NCBI GenBank assembly: GCA_963736855.1
Contig: CAVTQK010000021.1
Coordinates: 320,001 to 384,000 of the forward strand
Origin: an uncultured delta proteobacterium
GTDB lineage: Bacteria; Desulfobacterota; Desulfobacteria; Desulfobacterales; UBA2156
Length of the DNA: 64,000 nt
Reading direction: 5' to 3'
The position numbers and the translations under genes are program-made. The first letter of the stretch is position 1. Every line of letters begins with the position of its first letter. Under the pieces are notes generated by a model. That model was not told the origin of the DNA and searched no databases. It saw nothing but the letters and a program-made list of their open reading frames with translations. Of the stretch, positions 11,801 to 23,915 are shown piece by piece.

Positions 11801-12266
11801 ATATAAAAACATTTTTAAAACCAGAAAAGGAGACAATAGCAATATCGGCTTTCCGCTTGTCCATGCCTTGGATCGGCCTGTTTATCATTTTTATAAAAAG
11901 TATTATGGATCACTTTGTGCTTTAAGCAGCATCGAAAGAGAGGTTACATCAGTTTCAAAATCTTCCATGTTGATAAAAAGAGAATTCTTCCTGAATGCAG
12001 GCGGTTTTGACGATAGCTATCAAACCGAATATTTCGATGTTGATTTTTGCTTTAAGCTGCGAGAGCGAGGATTCAAAAATATTCTCATATCACCGTTGAA
12101 AGCTGATTATCTCGATAAAATCAGCTATACAGAAGAAAAGAATGATCCTGACTTGATTCTTTTCCTTGATAAATGGCAGGACCTGATCGAATCTTTTGAA
12201 CCTTTCAGTTACAATTCACTTGTTCCCATTCGAACATCCCCCTTGTCAAGACTTACTATACACTGA
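8867..12266 (+). CDS. Repeat-array protein (about 15 PLFD repeats) fused to two degenerate GT2 domains; single frameshift at ~10496
   Basis: Removing one G from ccgttggatgcat restores NPLMHFLLYG...PHPLFD and joins ORFs 8867..10552 and 10362..12266 into roughly 1130 aa. Confidence 0.8.
9059..10414 (+). repeat. Intragenic tandem repeat, 339 bp x 4 (113 aa = 38+37+38 aa sub-repeats)
   Basis: The Glu codon of EGRDP recurs at 9059, 9398, 9737, 10076 and 10415. Copies are near-identical in DNA; copy 3 is more diverged in its middle sub-repeat. Confidence 0.95.
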
Positions 12267-12307
12267 CACACAGATCTTATCTATTTGCGCGGGCAACTTA
12301 GCTTCCT

Positions 12308-13498
12308 ATGATCAATATTTTATTTGTGATGTATCACGATTTCAGAACCAGCAGCGCCATTCATGTTCATTCTCTATCCAATTCACTTCAGGAGTTGGGT
12401 TATGAGTGCAAAGTGGCTGTGCCTTCGAAAAAAGAGGATGCTGAAATGCACTTGGGAGAGGGGATATTATATGAGGCCGTCAATTTTGATGAAACATTCG
12501 GTCATCATTTTTGCTATCCCGATGGAAGAGGTCCGGATATCATTCATGCATGGACTCCAAGAGAGATTGTAAGGCTTCAGTGCAAAAAACTGAAGCAAAT
12601 ATTTCCAGAATGTAAAATCATTATACATCTGGAAGATAATGAAGAAGTTATTCTTGAACAAAATATGGGCCTTGGCCTTGATTTTTTTCAAGATGCTTCA
12701 AACGATATTTTGGACGAGATAACTCCGCCAGCACTATCTCACTTTAATTATTTCAAAGAATTCATCGCAGAATCAGACGGTATCACTCTGATTATCGATA
12801 CACTCAAAGACTTTGTGCCATCGGGCAAACCTTGGATGCGATTATGGCCCATCATCGAAACTGATACCTATCATTCTAAACAACCGGATTTATCATTAAA
12901 AAACGAGTTTGGAATCCGAAACAACGAATTTGTCGTCGCTTACACAGGAAGTGTACATCGCGTCAATTATAAGGAAGTGAGAAGTCTCTATCTTGCAACG
13001 GCATTGGCAAACCGCAACGGCATTCCGGTAAAACTGATTAGAACCGGAAAAAATGAATACGATTTTTTTAAGGGGTACGGAGAATGGTTAAAAGAATACT
13101 CCGTTGAATTGGGACGTGTGGATCGCGAAAAAATACCAAAAATACTGGGAATCAGTGACTTGCTGGTTCAACCAGGAAAAGACGATCGGTTTAACGCGTA
13201 CAGGCTTCCGTCCAAAATACCGGAATACCTATCCATGGAAAAAGCGGTTGCCGTCCCCCATTCAAACATTGGGAAAATATTAGAAGACAGGAACCAGGCG
13301 TTAATACTTCAAACCGGAGATGCATTAGATATTTTAAATGCAATTAAAGAAATAAAGACGAATGAGGAGTTGAAAAAGAAAATCGCACTGGGGGGAAGAC
13401 AATTTGCACTACTTCATTTTAATAAAAAGAAAATTACCACACAATTGTTGGATTTTTACCATTCGATAATGAATATAAATCCTGAAAAAGTATTTTAA
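12308..13498 (+). CDS. Glycosyltransferase family 4-like
   Basis: [32 protein letters not shown] motifs; GT-B layout. Confidence 0.8.
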   Translation: MINILFVMYHDFRTSSAIHVHSLSNSLQELGYECKVAVPSKKEDAEMHLGEGILYEAVNFDETFGHHFCYPDGRGPDIIHAWTPREIVRLQCKKLKQIFPECKIIIHLEDNEEVILEQNMGLGLDFFQDASNDILDEITPPALSHFNYFKEFIAESDGITLIIDTLKDFVPSGKPWMRLWPIIETDTYHSKQPDLSLKNEFGIRNNEFVVAYTGSVHRVNYKEVRSLYLATALANRNGIPVKLIRTGKNEYDFFKGYGEWLKEYSVELGRVDREKIPKILGISDLLVQPGKDDRFNAYRLPSKIPEYLSMEKAVAVPHSNIGKILEDRNQALILQTGDALDILNAIKEIKTNEELKKKIALGGRQFALLHFNKKKITTQLLDFYHSIMNINPEKVF

Positions 13499-13526
13499 AA
13501 AATATGCGGAGAAGGATTCGAATACA

Positions 13527-14654
13527 ATGGCCAAAAGTAAACCTATTGCACTTATAACGGGAATTACCGGGCAGGATGGAGCGTATCTTGCCGAATTTTT
13601 ACTAAATAAGGGATATGAAGTCCATGGGATTAAAAGAAGGAGTTCATCATTCAACACAGCTCGGATCGATCATCTATATCATGACCCTCATGAGAAAGAA
13701 GTGATATTTCATCTCCATTATGGAGATCTGACGGACAGTACAAACCTTATCCGCATCATCCAGCAGGTGCAGCCGGAAGAAATCTATAATCTCGGAGCAC
13801 AAAGCCACGTCCAGGTATCATTTGAGACTCCTGAATACACGGCAAATGCCGATGCACTGGGGGCGCTGAGGCTATTAGAGGCGATCCGCATTTTGAATCT
13901 TGAAAAGAAAGTTCGATTCTATCAGGCTTCGACATCGGAATTGTTTGGCAAAGCACAGGAAACCCCGCAAAAAGAAACGACCCCTTTTTACCCGAGAAGT
14001 CCATACGGGGTTGCAAAGCTTTATGCGTTTTGGATTACAGTAAACTACCGAGAAGCCTATCATATTTTTGCCTGTAACGGCATTTTATTCAACCATGAAT
14101 CACCCGTAAGAGGTGAAACCTTTGTTTCAAGAAAAATTACACGTGCTGCAGCGAGAATAAAGCTCGGAATTCAAAACAAACTATACCTCGGAAACCTGGA
14201 TGCATCTCGGGACTGGGGGCATGCCAAAGATTATGTTGAGGCACAATGGCTGATACTTCAGAATGAAAAAGCGGATGATTATGTTATAGCAACTGGAATT
14301 CAGCATTCGGTTCGAGAATTTGCCGAAACAGCATTTAAAAAAGTCGGCATTCATTTAAAATGGGAAGGAAGAGGGTTAAAAGAAAAGGGAATTGCCGCCG
14401 CAATAAATACAGGAACTTCGAACAACATCAAAGAGGGGGATATTCTTATTGAAGTCGATACAAAGTATCACCGTCCAACTGAAGTTGATCTACTTGTCGG
14501 TGATCCAAGCAAGGCAAAAAGAGAACTTGGATGGGAGCCCAAAACATCATTTGAGGAGCTTGTCGCAGAAATGGTGAAAGAAGACATCAAAGAAGCGGAA
14601 AAAGAACAACTCTGCATGAGGAAAGGCTACAGTACCGTAAATCACTTTGAATGA
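13527..14654 (+). CDS. gmd: GDP-mannose 4,6-dehydratase
   Basis: [50 protein letters not shown]. Confidence 0.97.
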   Translation: MAKSKPIALITGITGQDGAYLAEFLLNKGYEVHGIKRRSSSFNTARIDHLYHDPHEKEVIFHLHYGDLTDSTNLIRIIQQVQPEEIYNLGAQSHVQVSFETPEYTANADALGALRLLEAIRILNLEKKVRFYQASTSELFGKAQETPQKETTPFYPRSPYGVAKLYAFWITVNYREAYHIFACNGILFNHESPVRGETFVSRKITRAAARIKLGIQNKLYLGNLDASRDWGHAKDYVEAQWLILQNEKADDYVIATGIQHSVREFAETAFKKVGIHLKWEGRGLKEKGIAAAINTGTSNNIKEGDILIEVDTKYHRPTEVDLLVGDPSKAKRELGWEPKTSFEELVAEMVKEDIKEAEKEQLCMRKGYSTVNHFE

Positions 14655-14687
14655 TTCAGATTAAAATAAGTATTCGGATAAAATTCA

Positions 14688-15802
14688 ATGAAAAAAAACT
14701 CAAAAATATTTATTGCCGGCGGTTCCGGGATGGTCGGAAGCGCAATCATTAGAAAACTTTCAAGACTTGGATATCGAAATCTGATTTCAAATTACAACAG
14801 TAAAAGACCGGGTAAAAATTTGTTTGAAGAAAAGTCCGCCTGCAGATTTGTACGGCTTGATCTCACCCGACAAAAAATTGCCGAAGATTTTTTCAATAAA
14901 GAACGTCCAGAAATCGTATTTTTTGCGGCTGCGAGGGTAGGAGGTATCTTTGCAAACAGTACCTATAAGGCGGATTTTATATATGACAATCTCATGATTT
15001 CAACAAATGTAATCCACAGCGCATATCGATTTGGCGTAGAAAAACTCCTGAATATTGGTTCTTCCTGTATTTACCCGAAGTTCTCAGAACAGCCGATGAA
15101 AGAAAAATATCTTCTTTCCGGAATCCTCGAGCCGACCAATGAACCTTATGCCATTGCAAAGATATCGGCTATAAAACTCTGCAAATATTATAATGAACAA
15201 TATAAGACTAATTTTATATCGTTAATGCCTACAAACCTTTATGGTCCAAATGACAATTTTAATTTAGAAACTTCTCATGTCCTGCCTGCAATGCTGAGAA
15301 AATTCCATCTGGGGAAACTGCTTAAGGAAGGAAACCTGGAAGGGGTTTTAAAAGATTTTAAAACATTTGAATTTGGTTTCGACTTTTCAATTCATAACGC
15401 TCTCGATGTTAACAAAGCTATCGTAGAGCTTGAAAAACGGGGTATCTCTGATGATCATGTAACACTCTGGGGAACAGGGCGTGTTTTCAGAGAATTTTTA
15501 CATGTGGATGACTTTGCCGAAGCATGCGTCTACATAATGAAAAAATATCGTCATAAGGATATTGGAGAATTCATTAACGTTGGCACAGGAAAAGATCTTC
15601 AATTAGATACGGTGGCAAAAATTGTGAAAAGTATCGTTAAATATGATGGTCTGATTCGATATAATCATACCATGCCGGATGGAACGCAAAGGAAAGTGTT
15701 AAACATCAACAGGATTAAAAAGCTAGGATGGCGTGCCAAAATATCCCTAAAGAAGGAATAAAACTCACATATCAATGGTACATTAATCAACAACGTAGCT
15801 AA
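14688..15802 (+). CDS. fcl: GDP-L-fucose synthase (frameshift near the C-terminus)
   Basis: GGSGMVGS, AARVGGI, GSSCIYPK, EPTNEPYAIAK, MPTNLYGPNDNF. The natural tail EGIKLTYQWY is in the shifted frame after ~15750, with stop at 15802. Confidence 0.93.
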
Positions 15803-15882
15803 AAATGCATGATGCTTTCGAATTTGTGTTTTCGACTATCATTAAAATTTTATACTTTTGGAAACCACGAAGATCTTAATTC

Positions 15883-17428
15883 ATGCGTTACATTACTATA
15901 GTATCATTCAGATTGCTGATCATAGGGATTTTTATTTTATCGCTTGGATTTTTAGGATTCATATTTAAACCGTTTGAATATCACTTTCAAGGTCAAGAAA
16001 TTCCCTCAGAGGTTATCGTCAAGGGAAGAATGGGAAAATTGCTTAAAGAGCTGAATTTGCTTTTACCAATCAAAAAGGGGAACAATCCGCATCTGCTCCA
16101 GAGAAAGCAAGAAGAAACATTTTTTATTACAAATCCGGGGGAGCTGAATACTTTCCGAGCAGTGTCAATATTTCGGATGAAAAAGTTCAGGATGGATTGC
16201 CTTTACTGTCCTTGGTTGTTGAAAACAAAGATCTATATGATGAAAAAAACGGAATTATCGAGAATTACAATGAAAGAGGAAAAGAATGGGAACGGTTTTC
16301 CTACGTTTCCTATTTTGAAAATGGCCGATTGCAATTTGCCTCTGCCGTTGGCGTCCGTATTCATGGCGGAACGACCCGAAAACTGGAAAAGAAAAGTTAT
16401 CGAATCTATTGTCGCGATGAAATTGGAATGAGTCATTTTCCGGATAATCTTTTCCAGGAACCCAAACCGGGTCCGATCAGATCTCTGGTTATTCACCAGG
16501 ATCGTCCCACCGGCCTTCCCTTTACAACCTCCATTGCTTTTGACATCGCGAAAAAGATCGGGTGTGTTGTGCCTTCCTGTAAACCTGTAAAATTTTATTT
16601 AAATGGCGAACATCAAGGAATTTATTGGATTTCAGAACATCTTAGCAAAAGTCAGTGGGCATTATACTTTGGTCATGTAAATTTCTCCTTTTTTCGTTTT
16701 AAGGCTGAATCTGACCGTAAAAGCCTTAAAAATTATTTGAAACTGGTTCGATGGGCAAAGCAATTGGATCCCAAGACCCCCATTAAAGTTATCAATGAAA
16801 TCGTTGATGTCGAAAATATGACCAGGACCCTCATCGCAACCATCTTTTTAGGCAACAGCGATTGGGAACAGGGGGTTGCGGTATATAATCCGAAATCTGA
16901 AAATCCGTCTTGGTTTTGGATCATATGGGATGTGGATAAAAGTTTTCAGGATCATTCACCGGCAAGAAGCAGCAGAGAACCCTGGGAGCAGACGGGTATA
17001 CAACTTGTTCTCAGAGAAAAAAAAACAAGCATCGATGTCCGACGAATCCTGTTTCGAAAATTGATACTGAATAATTCAGAATATCTCGATTATTTCAGAA
17101 AAACGTTTACCGATATCATCAATCATGAAATAACCCCGAACTTCATCGATGAGAGATGCCGGTATTATGAAACACTTGCTGTTGCATTCAAAAATGAAAA
17201 GCCGTTTAATCCAATGATCAAAGAATTTTTAATCAAGCGACCTGAATATCTTTTATTTGATTTACAACGGCATTTAAACCCGGACGACCTGGAGATGTCA
17301 AGTTAATGGACCGGAAAAAAAATAATTCATCAGATCAATGGAAATTTGGAAAAAGCGGGTTATAGAGGCCTCTGTTATGAAAAACAAGTTTCCAAGGTTC
17401 TTTGTCGATGAACGAGTTCGACGATGAT
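15883..17428 (+). CDS. CotH-family kinase 1 (N-terminal membrane anchor), frameshifted and apparently C-terminally truncated
   Basis: RGKEWER, GVRIHGGTTR, KSYRIY, YLNGEHQGIY, GNSDW, WFWIIWDVD. Frameshift in the G-run at ~16140. A C-terminal extension (QVNGPE...INGNLEKAGYRG) follows in shifted frames to ~17420. Confidence 0.8.
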
Positions 17429-20400
17429 AATGACAGCCGGTTAATCGTTTATAATTCGGATAATAACCTACAAGTAAATATTGATCTGGAAAAGTTTGGA
17501 AGCATACGGAAACTTTACCTCGAGCCAATTGATGATTTTGCCATAATCGTAATCAATGAAATTGAAGTCCATAAACTTGATAATCAAATTTATCGAAATC
17601 CTATTTTTTCAACAAACTCCGAATTCCATGAAAATAATTGTTACTTTTTTACGAATAAGAATCCTCAAATAATTATAAATTTATTCAACAATCAGGTTCG
17701 ACGCATCGTATTTAATTTATTTTTCAAATCAATAGGGGTTGATGCTCTTTACAGCAGTATTAAAAAATTCAATGAACAAAAAATTGATGCTGATCAAATT
17801 CATCTACAATATTTTGAATTGTCAGAACGATTTAAAGCTATAGAAGAAAGATATGCCGAGAGTATCGAAAGAAAGAATATTGTATTAGAGAAATTTGAAC
17901 AAGAAATATTTGAGTCGCAACAAAAGCTTTTATACCAAACTCAACGATGCGAATCTGTTTTGAATTCTAAATCATGGGCCATCACCGCCCCGCTTCGATT
18001 CTTTAATGAACATATTCATAAGATAATTCATGAAATAAGATTACTTCTAAATATTTTAAATGGAAAATATTCCGCGATTAGAAAATCCGGATTATTCGAT
18101 ATAGACTATTATTTAAATAACCATCCGGACATCAAAAATAGAAATCTCAATCCCATCATTCATTATTTATATCATGGTGAAAAAGAGGGTCGCAAACCGA
18201 ACCCTTTGTTCGATATTCAACATTATCTGAAACAGAACCCTGACATTATTCTCTCAGCAGAAAATGCTTTGATTCACTTTTTAAGGGTTGGCTCATTCCA
18301 TGGGAAGGACCCGAATCCCTTGTTTTCTATCGCTTTTTATTGCAGCAAATATTCCGAAGTTGCAGAAGCCGGGTTAAATCCTCTCTATTACTACATCGCG
18401 CATGGATGCAAAAATGATCACAACACACACCCGCTATTTAACAGCGTGTATTATAAATCACAACTAAAAGAAAAGAATGTCGGGAATTCGGATCCATTGT
18501 CCCACTTTATTCAGAAAGGGGTTTATGAAGGAAAGGACCCACATCCGCTTTTTTCCACATTCTTTTATTGCAATAGTCATCCTGAAGTTGCAGAATCCGG
18601 ATTGAATCCTCTTGTGCATTACATCCAGATAGGTGCGAGGCTACGCTGGAGCCCCCATCCTCTGTTTGATTCCGAATACTACTGCCAACAGTTCAATGAT
18701 GCTTTAAAATTGATTTCTGATCCGCTGGAGCATTACCTAAGGATCGGATACAAAGAGAGTATTAATCCACATCCATTGTTTGATTCGGATTATTATGTGA
18801 ATCACTATTTAAAAAGTATTCGATGCGAAATGACTCCTCTAGAACATTATTTACTTGAGGGTGCTAAAAATGGTCTGAATCCTTGTCCGATGTTTGATAC
18901 TTTCCATTATTTGAGAAAAAATCCAGACGTGGGGAAAAAAGGTATCAACCCTTTATCCCATTATGTTCAAATCGGATCGAAAGAAGGACGGGACCCCAAT
19001 CCGCTGTTCAGTTCATCTTATTATTTGGGAAACAATCCCGATGCCGGTGAAGGCGACATCCCGCTTCTGCTTCACTATATCATGAAAGGATCAAAGGAAA
19101 ATAAGAGTCCTGGACCGCTATTGGATGCCGGGTTTTATTTGAAGAAATATCCGGATGTGGCCCTATCCGAAATGAACCCTTTATTGCATTATCTCGAATA
19201 CGGAATCCGCGAGGGAAGGGTTCCAAACCCTACACTCGAAGGTTTCTTAAGAAAACCTAAAATCAGCATCCTGGTGCCGGTTTATAATACCGATGCGCGG
19301 TTTCTTCATGAAATGATCCATTCGGTGATGCGGCAAATTTACCCTCATTGGGAATTATGTATTGTTGATGACGGGAGCAGCAGGGCCGAAATTAGGGACA
19401 TTCTGAAACAATATGCCGATAAAAATGAAAAAATAAAAATAAAGATACTGAATCGAAACACCGGAATATCGAACGCCTCGAATGAAGCGGCGTCACTGGC
19501 CACGGGTGAATTCATCGGCTTGTTGGATCATGATGATGTTTTAACGATGGATGCACTATATGAAGTGGTTAACGCAATCAACTGTAACCATTCAGAAATT
19601 TTCTATTCGGATGAAGAACTCATTGATGAAGAGGGTCGATCTCAGGGATCGATTTTAAAGCCGGATTTTTCACCGGACTTGCTTTTTTCGCATAATTATA
19701 TTACCCACTTCATGGTTTTCAATCGAGGACTCTTTTGATGAAGTCGGTGGATTTGATTCTCGCTGTGATGGAGCCCAGGATTATGATTTAATACTCAAGA
19801 TTTCCGAAAAGTCAAAAAACATTCATCATATTAAGAAAATCCTGTATCTATTGGCGTAAAAGCGCCTCATCTACCACTTCAAACCCTGCGAACAAAAGCT
19901 ATGCGGATGATGCCGGGAAGATATGCATTGAGAGTGCTACTCTTTATCGACGAAAGATAAACGCGGTGCGGTTTTGATGCGAATATTCCATTTTTTTATA
20001 GAGTTAAGAGAGAGATATCCGAAAATCCTCTGATCAGTATTATCATTCCGTTCAGAGATAAACCGTACTTTTTAATAACGCTGCATCGAAACCATATTAT
20101 CGGAAAATCCAGTTATTCGAACTTTGAAATTATCGGCATCGATAATGGTAGCGAACAGACTGAGACGAAATCTCTTATGGAAAATTTGGAAAAATCGGAT
20201 AATCGAATCGTCTTTTTTCATTATCCGTTGCCGTTTAATTATTCGAAAATCAACAATTACGGGGTTCCTTGGCCTCCGGTGAAATGATCTTCCTTCTCAA
20301 CAATGACGTGGAGATTCTCAATTCGGACTGGCTAGAGGCATTACTCGAACATGGACAAAGAAATGAGGTCGGAGCAGTCGGCGGTAAGCTTTATTACCCG

Positions 20401-20872
20401 AACGGAACGATTCAACATGCCGGAGTAATTGTTGGAATCTCCGGATTTGCAGGTCATTCCCACCGACATTACAAAAAAAGATGCCGAAGGTTACGGGAAT
20501 CGGCTCATGTGCATCCAGAATGTCAGCGCAGTTACGGGCGCCATGTTGATGGTTAGAAGAAAATTATTCGTAGAAGCAGGAGGTCTTGATGAAGATTTTT
20601 TGGCAATCTCTTTGAATGATATTGATTTTTGTCTGCGATTGCGGCAAAGAGGCTTTTTAAATATTTTTACGCCCTATTGCGAAGCGGTTCATCATGAATC
20701 CGTTTCGAGAGGATATGAGGAAACTCCTGAACAAAAATTTCGATTTCAAAAAGAAATCAAGTATTTTCAAAAGAAATGGGGAAAGATCCTTACCAGCGGA
20801 GATCCTTATTATAACCCGGGGTTGACACTGGAACGGGAGGACTTCTCGTTAAAAAATCGGCTAAAAATGTAA
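17402..20872 (+). CDS. Large glycosyltransferase: beta-sandwich-like domain, coiled coil, 10 PLFD repeats, two GT2 domains; at least 6 frameshifts in 19735-20480
   Basis: KSWAITAPLR after the coiled coil. ISILVPVYN, VDDGS, LLDHDD, GAQDYDL (shifted frame), SIIIPFRD, LLNNDVE, QHAGV, AVTGAMLM, NDIDFCLR. Confidence 0.8.
18086..19225 (+). repeat. Ten tandem 38-aa PLFD repeats (114 bp period), diverged at DNA level
   Basis: Ten units counted from SGLFDIDYY to GIREGRVP; consensus PLFD..YY...PDV...G.NPL.HY...G.KEGR.P. Confidence 0.9.
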
Positions 20873-20958
20873 GCACGAACACATTGATAAGATTGTGCGC
20901 CGCTAGAAGGCGGCAGGCTGGGCTCAACCGAATATTTCGTCTAGATGAAAAAGGAGAA

Positions 20959-23035
20959 ATGAGGACTATGAAACATACGGCAACTAACATCACGATTGCC
21001 TCCCGGATTTTCTTTATTATTTTCGCGTTGGTTTTGGCCGGATCCCATTCGATCGGTGCACAGAATGTGCCCCGAGAAAACGGCTTAAAAGCTAAAATTG
21101 TTTGGGCCGAAAATGACGGGAAAAATTTTCAGATATATTACAGCAGTTACAAAGACCGAATCTGGACGACAAAAGTCGCTCTGACGAATGACAATTTGAT
21201 GAATACCACGCCTGTAATCGACGTCGGAAATGATGGCGTGGTTTGGGTCATATGGTCCGTCGTTTCCGGGGCAACCAGTGATCTTTATTATTGTTTTTTT
21301 GACGGATCCGCATGGTCCTATCCATCTAAAATTCCGACCCCTTTCTCATCTAATACTTCTCCATCCGTCTTGGTGGCTCCGGATAATGTTCCCTGGGTCG
21401 TCTGGGCCGGTTTCGACGGAAAGGACGATGATATTTTCTTATCCCGATGGAATGGTACTTCCTGGGAAACTCCCTCAAGGGTCAACCGGAATGATACGGA
21501 TCCGGATATCGTGCCGACGATCTGGAAAAATTCCGGCGGATCCATTTGTGTGAAATGGTCCGGATATACGGAAAAGGCGTATCGCAACTATGTTGCTGAA
21601 TATACAGGGGAGAAGTGGAACGAAGAACGGGAAGAAACCGGCGGGGAATATCATTCGATCATGGAAAAGTTGGCCGGAGTCATGCCCGACCTTCCCGGCT
21701 TTGTAAAAAACCTGGAACTTGCGGCAGTCCATCTGGAAGTTAACGGAGAGAAGAATGCATTTCGACTCCGTGATATGATTGACGAAAACAGGGAACGGAC
21801 GCTCTCTCAAACCACTGAAACCTCTGAGCAGACTCTGGCCGGCGAGGAAATCATCATCGGATTCGGAGACAGCATCACCCAGGGGATTCCTTATGTGAAC
21901 AGTTATGGAGAAGGAAGACGCGTCGGAGGTTACGAACCCCATTTGGAAGCATTGACCCAGGGCACCGGATGGCAGACGCCAGGTACTAAATTACGGCGTG
22001 GGCGGGGAATCGACTCTCTCAGGCCTCCAGAGGATCGGAAGTGTGTTGAGTAGGTATACTGCCAAATATGTTCTTATATTAGAGGGGACGAACGATCTCG
22101 AATATTACGGTATTTCGCTTGCATCGACACTTCGCCACTTAGACGCCATGGTCGATATCAGCCGTCAATACAACGTGATACCGGTGCTTGCCACGTTGAC
22201 CCCGGATACAAAGAATTCTAGAAGAGACATCCCCACGGTCTATAATCCGGAAATTGTCCGTTTGGCGTCAGCGAAAAAAGTTCCGCTCGCCGATCAATAT
22301 ACGGCCATGGCCCCCAATTGGCATTCCTTGACGTCCGACGGGTTACATCCCAACAATGCGGGTTATCAGGTCATGGCATCAGAGTGGTTTGATACTTTGC
22401 CGGAACTAACCGCCATAACGCTTGATGCAACGGATGTGGCGGAAAGTTCGGTTGTCTTCAACGGCAGTGTCAACCCGAAAGGGTATCCGACGAGATGCTT
22501 CTTTGAATATGGATATGATGCGAATTTCGGCGGCCAAACGGCCGTAGTGGATATCGGCCCCGAAAAGACAGACATCCCTGTCAGCATCGGCGCCGACAAC
22601 CTTTCCGAAAACAGTACTTATTATTTCAGGTTGGTCGCATACAATGATTATCTCACCGTAAAAGGAAACACCCTGGCTTTACAGACTTTGGAGAGCTCTT
22701 CAGGCGGATGTTTTATCGCCACCGCGGCTTTCGGATCTTCTCTTGAATCACACGTGATCACCCTGAAAAATTTCAGGGATAAATTCATGATGACCAACAA
22801 CCTGGGGAAGCGGTTTGTTCGTTTTTACTATCGCCACTCACCGCCTTTGGCAAATTATATTTCAAAACATGAGACCCTGAAAGTGCTGATAAGAGGCGCC
22901 CTGCTTCCGGTTATCGGAGTCTGTGCTTTGGCGCTGAATTCCCCCTTTTGGCTTTTCATCGGAGTAGGGGGACTATTCTTCTTCGTCGTGTCGGGTGTGG
23001 TGGTGACGTTTTCAGCAAAGAGGCGACGTATATAA
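20959..23035 (+). CDS. Secreted protein: propeller-like N-domain, SGNH/GDSL hydrolase, Fn3-like domain, CFI-box-CTERM sorting domain; frameshift at ~21975
   Basis: AGGAG upstream of the ATG, signal-peptide-like start. GDSITQG, NYGVGGE (shifted frame), [33 protein letters not shown]...FRD...FYYRHSP then a TM helix and basic tail. Confidence 0.8.
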
Positions 23036-23185
23036 CAGGCGGCTTCTTTGTCCATACTTGCACTTCTTGCCTTTCGATCCTGGAATTTTTCAAGATAGCA
23101 ATTCCAAGAGGATCTTTTCCTCAAATCCTTTCGGAAATGGTGTGGTCTGTAAGCTAAAAACTGTCTGCCCGATGGATGAAAAAGA

Positions 23186-23887
23186 ATGGGGAGCGAATCC
23201 AAATTTGATTATGAGCTGAAATACGTTTTTAATAAAAGCGTATTAGACCTCGTTTTAGCTTGGATAAACAGCTTTTGCCTGCCGGATCCTCTCTATCTTT
23301 TTGGAAAGGTTTCGAGTGTGTACTTTGACACAAGAAACCTGCGGTTATTGGAAGAAAAGGTCAACAGCGATTATATCAAATCCAAATTCAGGATCCGATG
23401 GTATTCGACCGGCGATCCTGAATCTCCCAATGATATATCGTTTCTCGAGATCAAACATAAAATCGGAACCACGCGTAAAAAACGGAGAATAGAATGCCCT
23501 GTCTCCGGGAAATACATGGCCGGCGCGGATCTCACCGCCGATGCATATTTGGATATCGCCTCGATCCTCAGGGCAGAGGGGGAACTATTCGGGGAAAACC
23601 TCTTTCCATTGTTTCAAATTGATTATAAGCGATGGCGGTTTGTGGATCCCCGGAGCGGTATGCGACTTTGTGTGGACTGTGACATTTCAGTACCCAAAGT
23701 CAACGAATCCATATTTCCAAACCTGTTGCCGCTTTTTTTGGAAAACGGTGTTTTCGAAATCAAGGGTTCACTCGACGAACTGCCGCAAACCCTGAATCCT
23801 TTGACCTTACTGGGATGCAGAAAAGAATCGTTTTCAAAGTATAGGAACTGTTTTGAAAAATTGAACGCTTTCTACCGTTTTGCTTAG
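23186..23887 (+). CDS. VTC-domain protein (polyphosphate polymerase / CYTH tunnel fold)
   Basis: YELKY, SSVYFDT, KFRIRWY, FLEIKHK, YKRWRF, RLCVD, FEIKG, SFSKY. Confidence 0.85.
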   Translation: MGSESKFDYELKYVFNKSVLDLVLAWINSFCLPDPLYLFGKVSSVYFDTRNLRLLEEKVNSDYIKSKFRIRWYSTGDPESPNDISFLEIKHKIGTTRKKRRIECPVSGKYMAGADLTADAYLDIASILRAEGELFGENLFPLFQIDYKRWRFVDPRSGMRLCVDCDISVPKVNESIFPNLLPLFLENGVFEIKGSLDELPQTLNPLTLLGCRKESFSKYRNCFEKLNAFYRFA

Positions 23888-23915
23888 GCATAATAGTTTC
23901 GACAAAGGAGATGGC

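Noticed and set aside
15300..15470. Long insertion in Fcl before the WGTG motif
   Set aside because: Long-insert Fcl variants are, to my recollection, common in other bacteria, so this is not distinctive.
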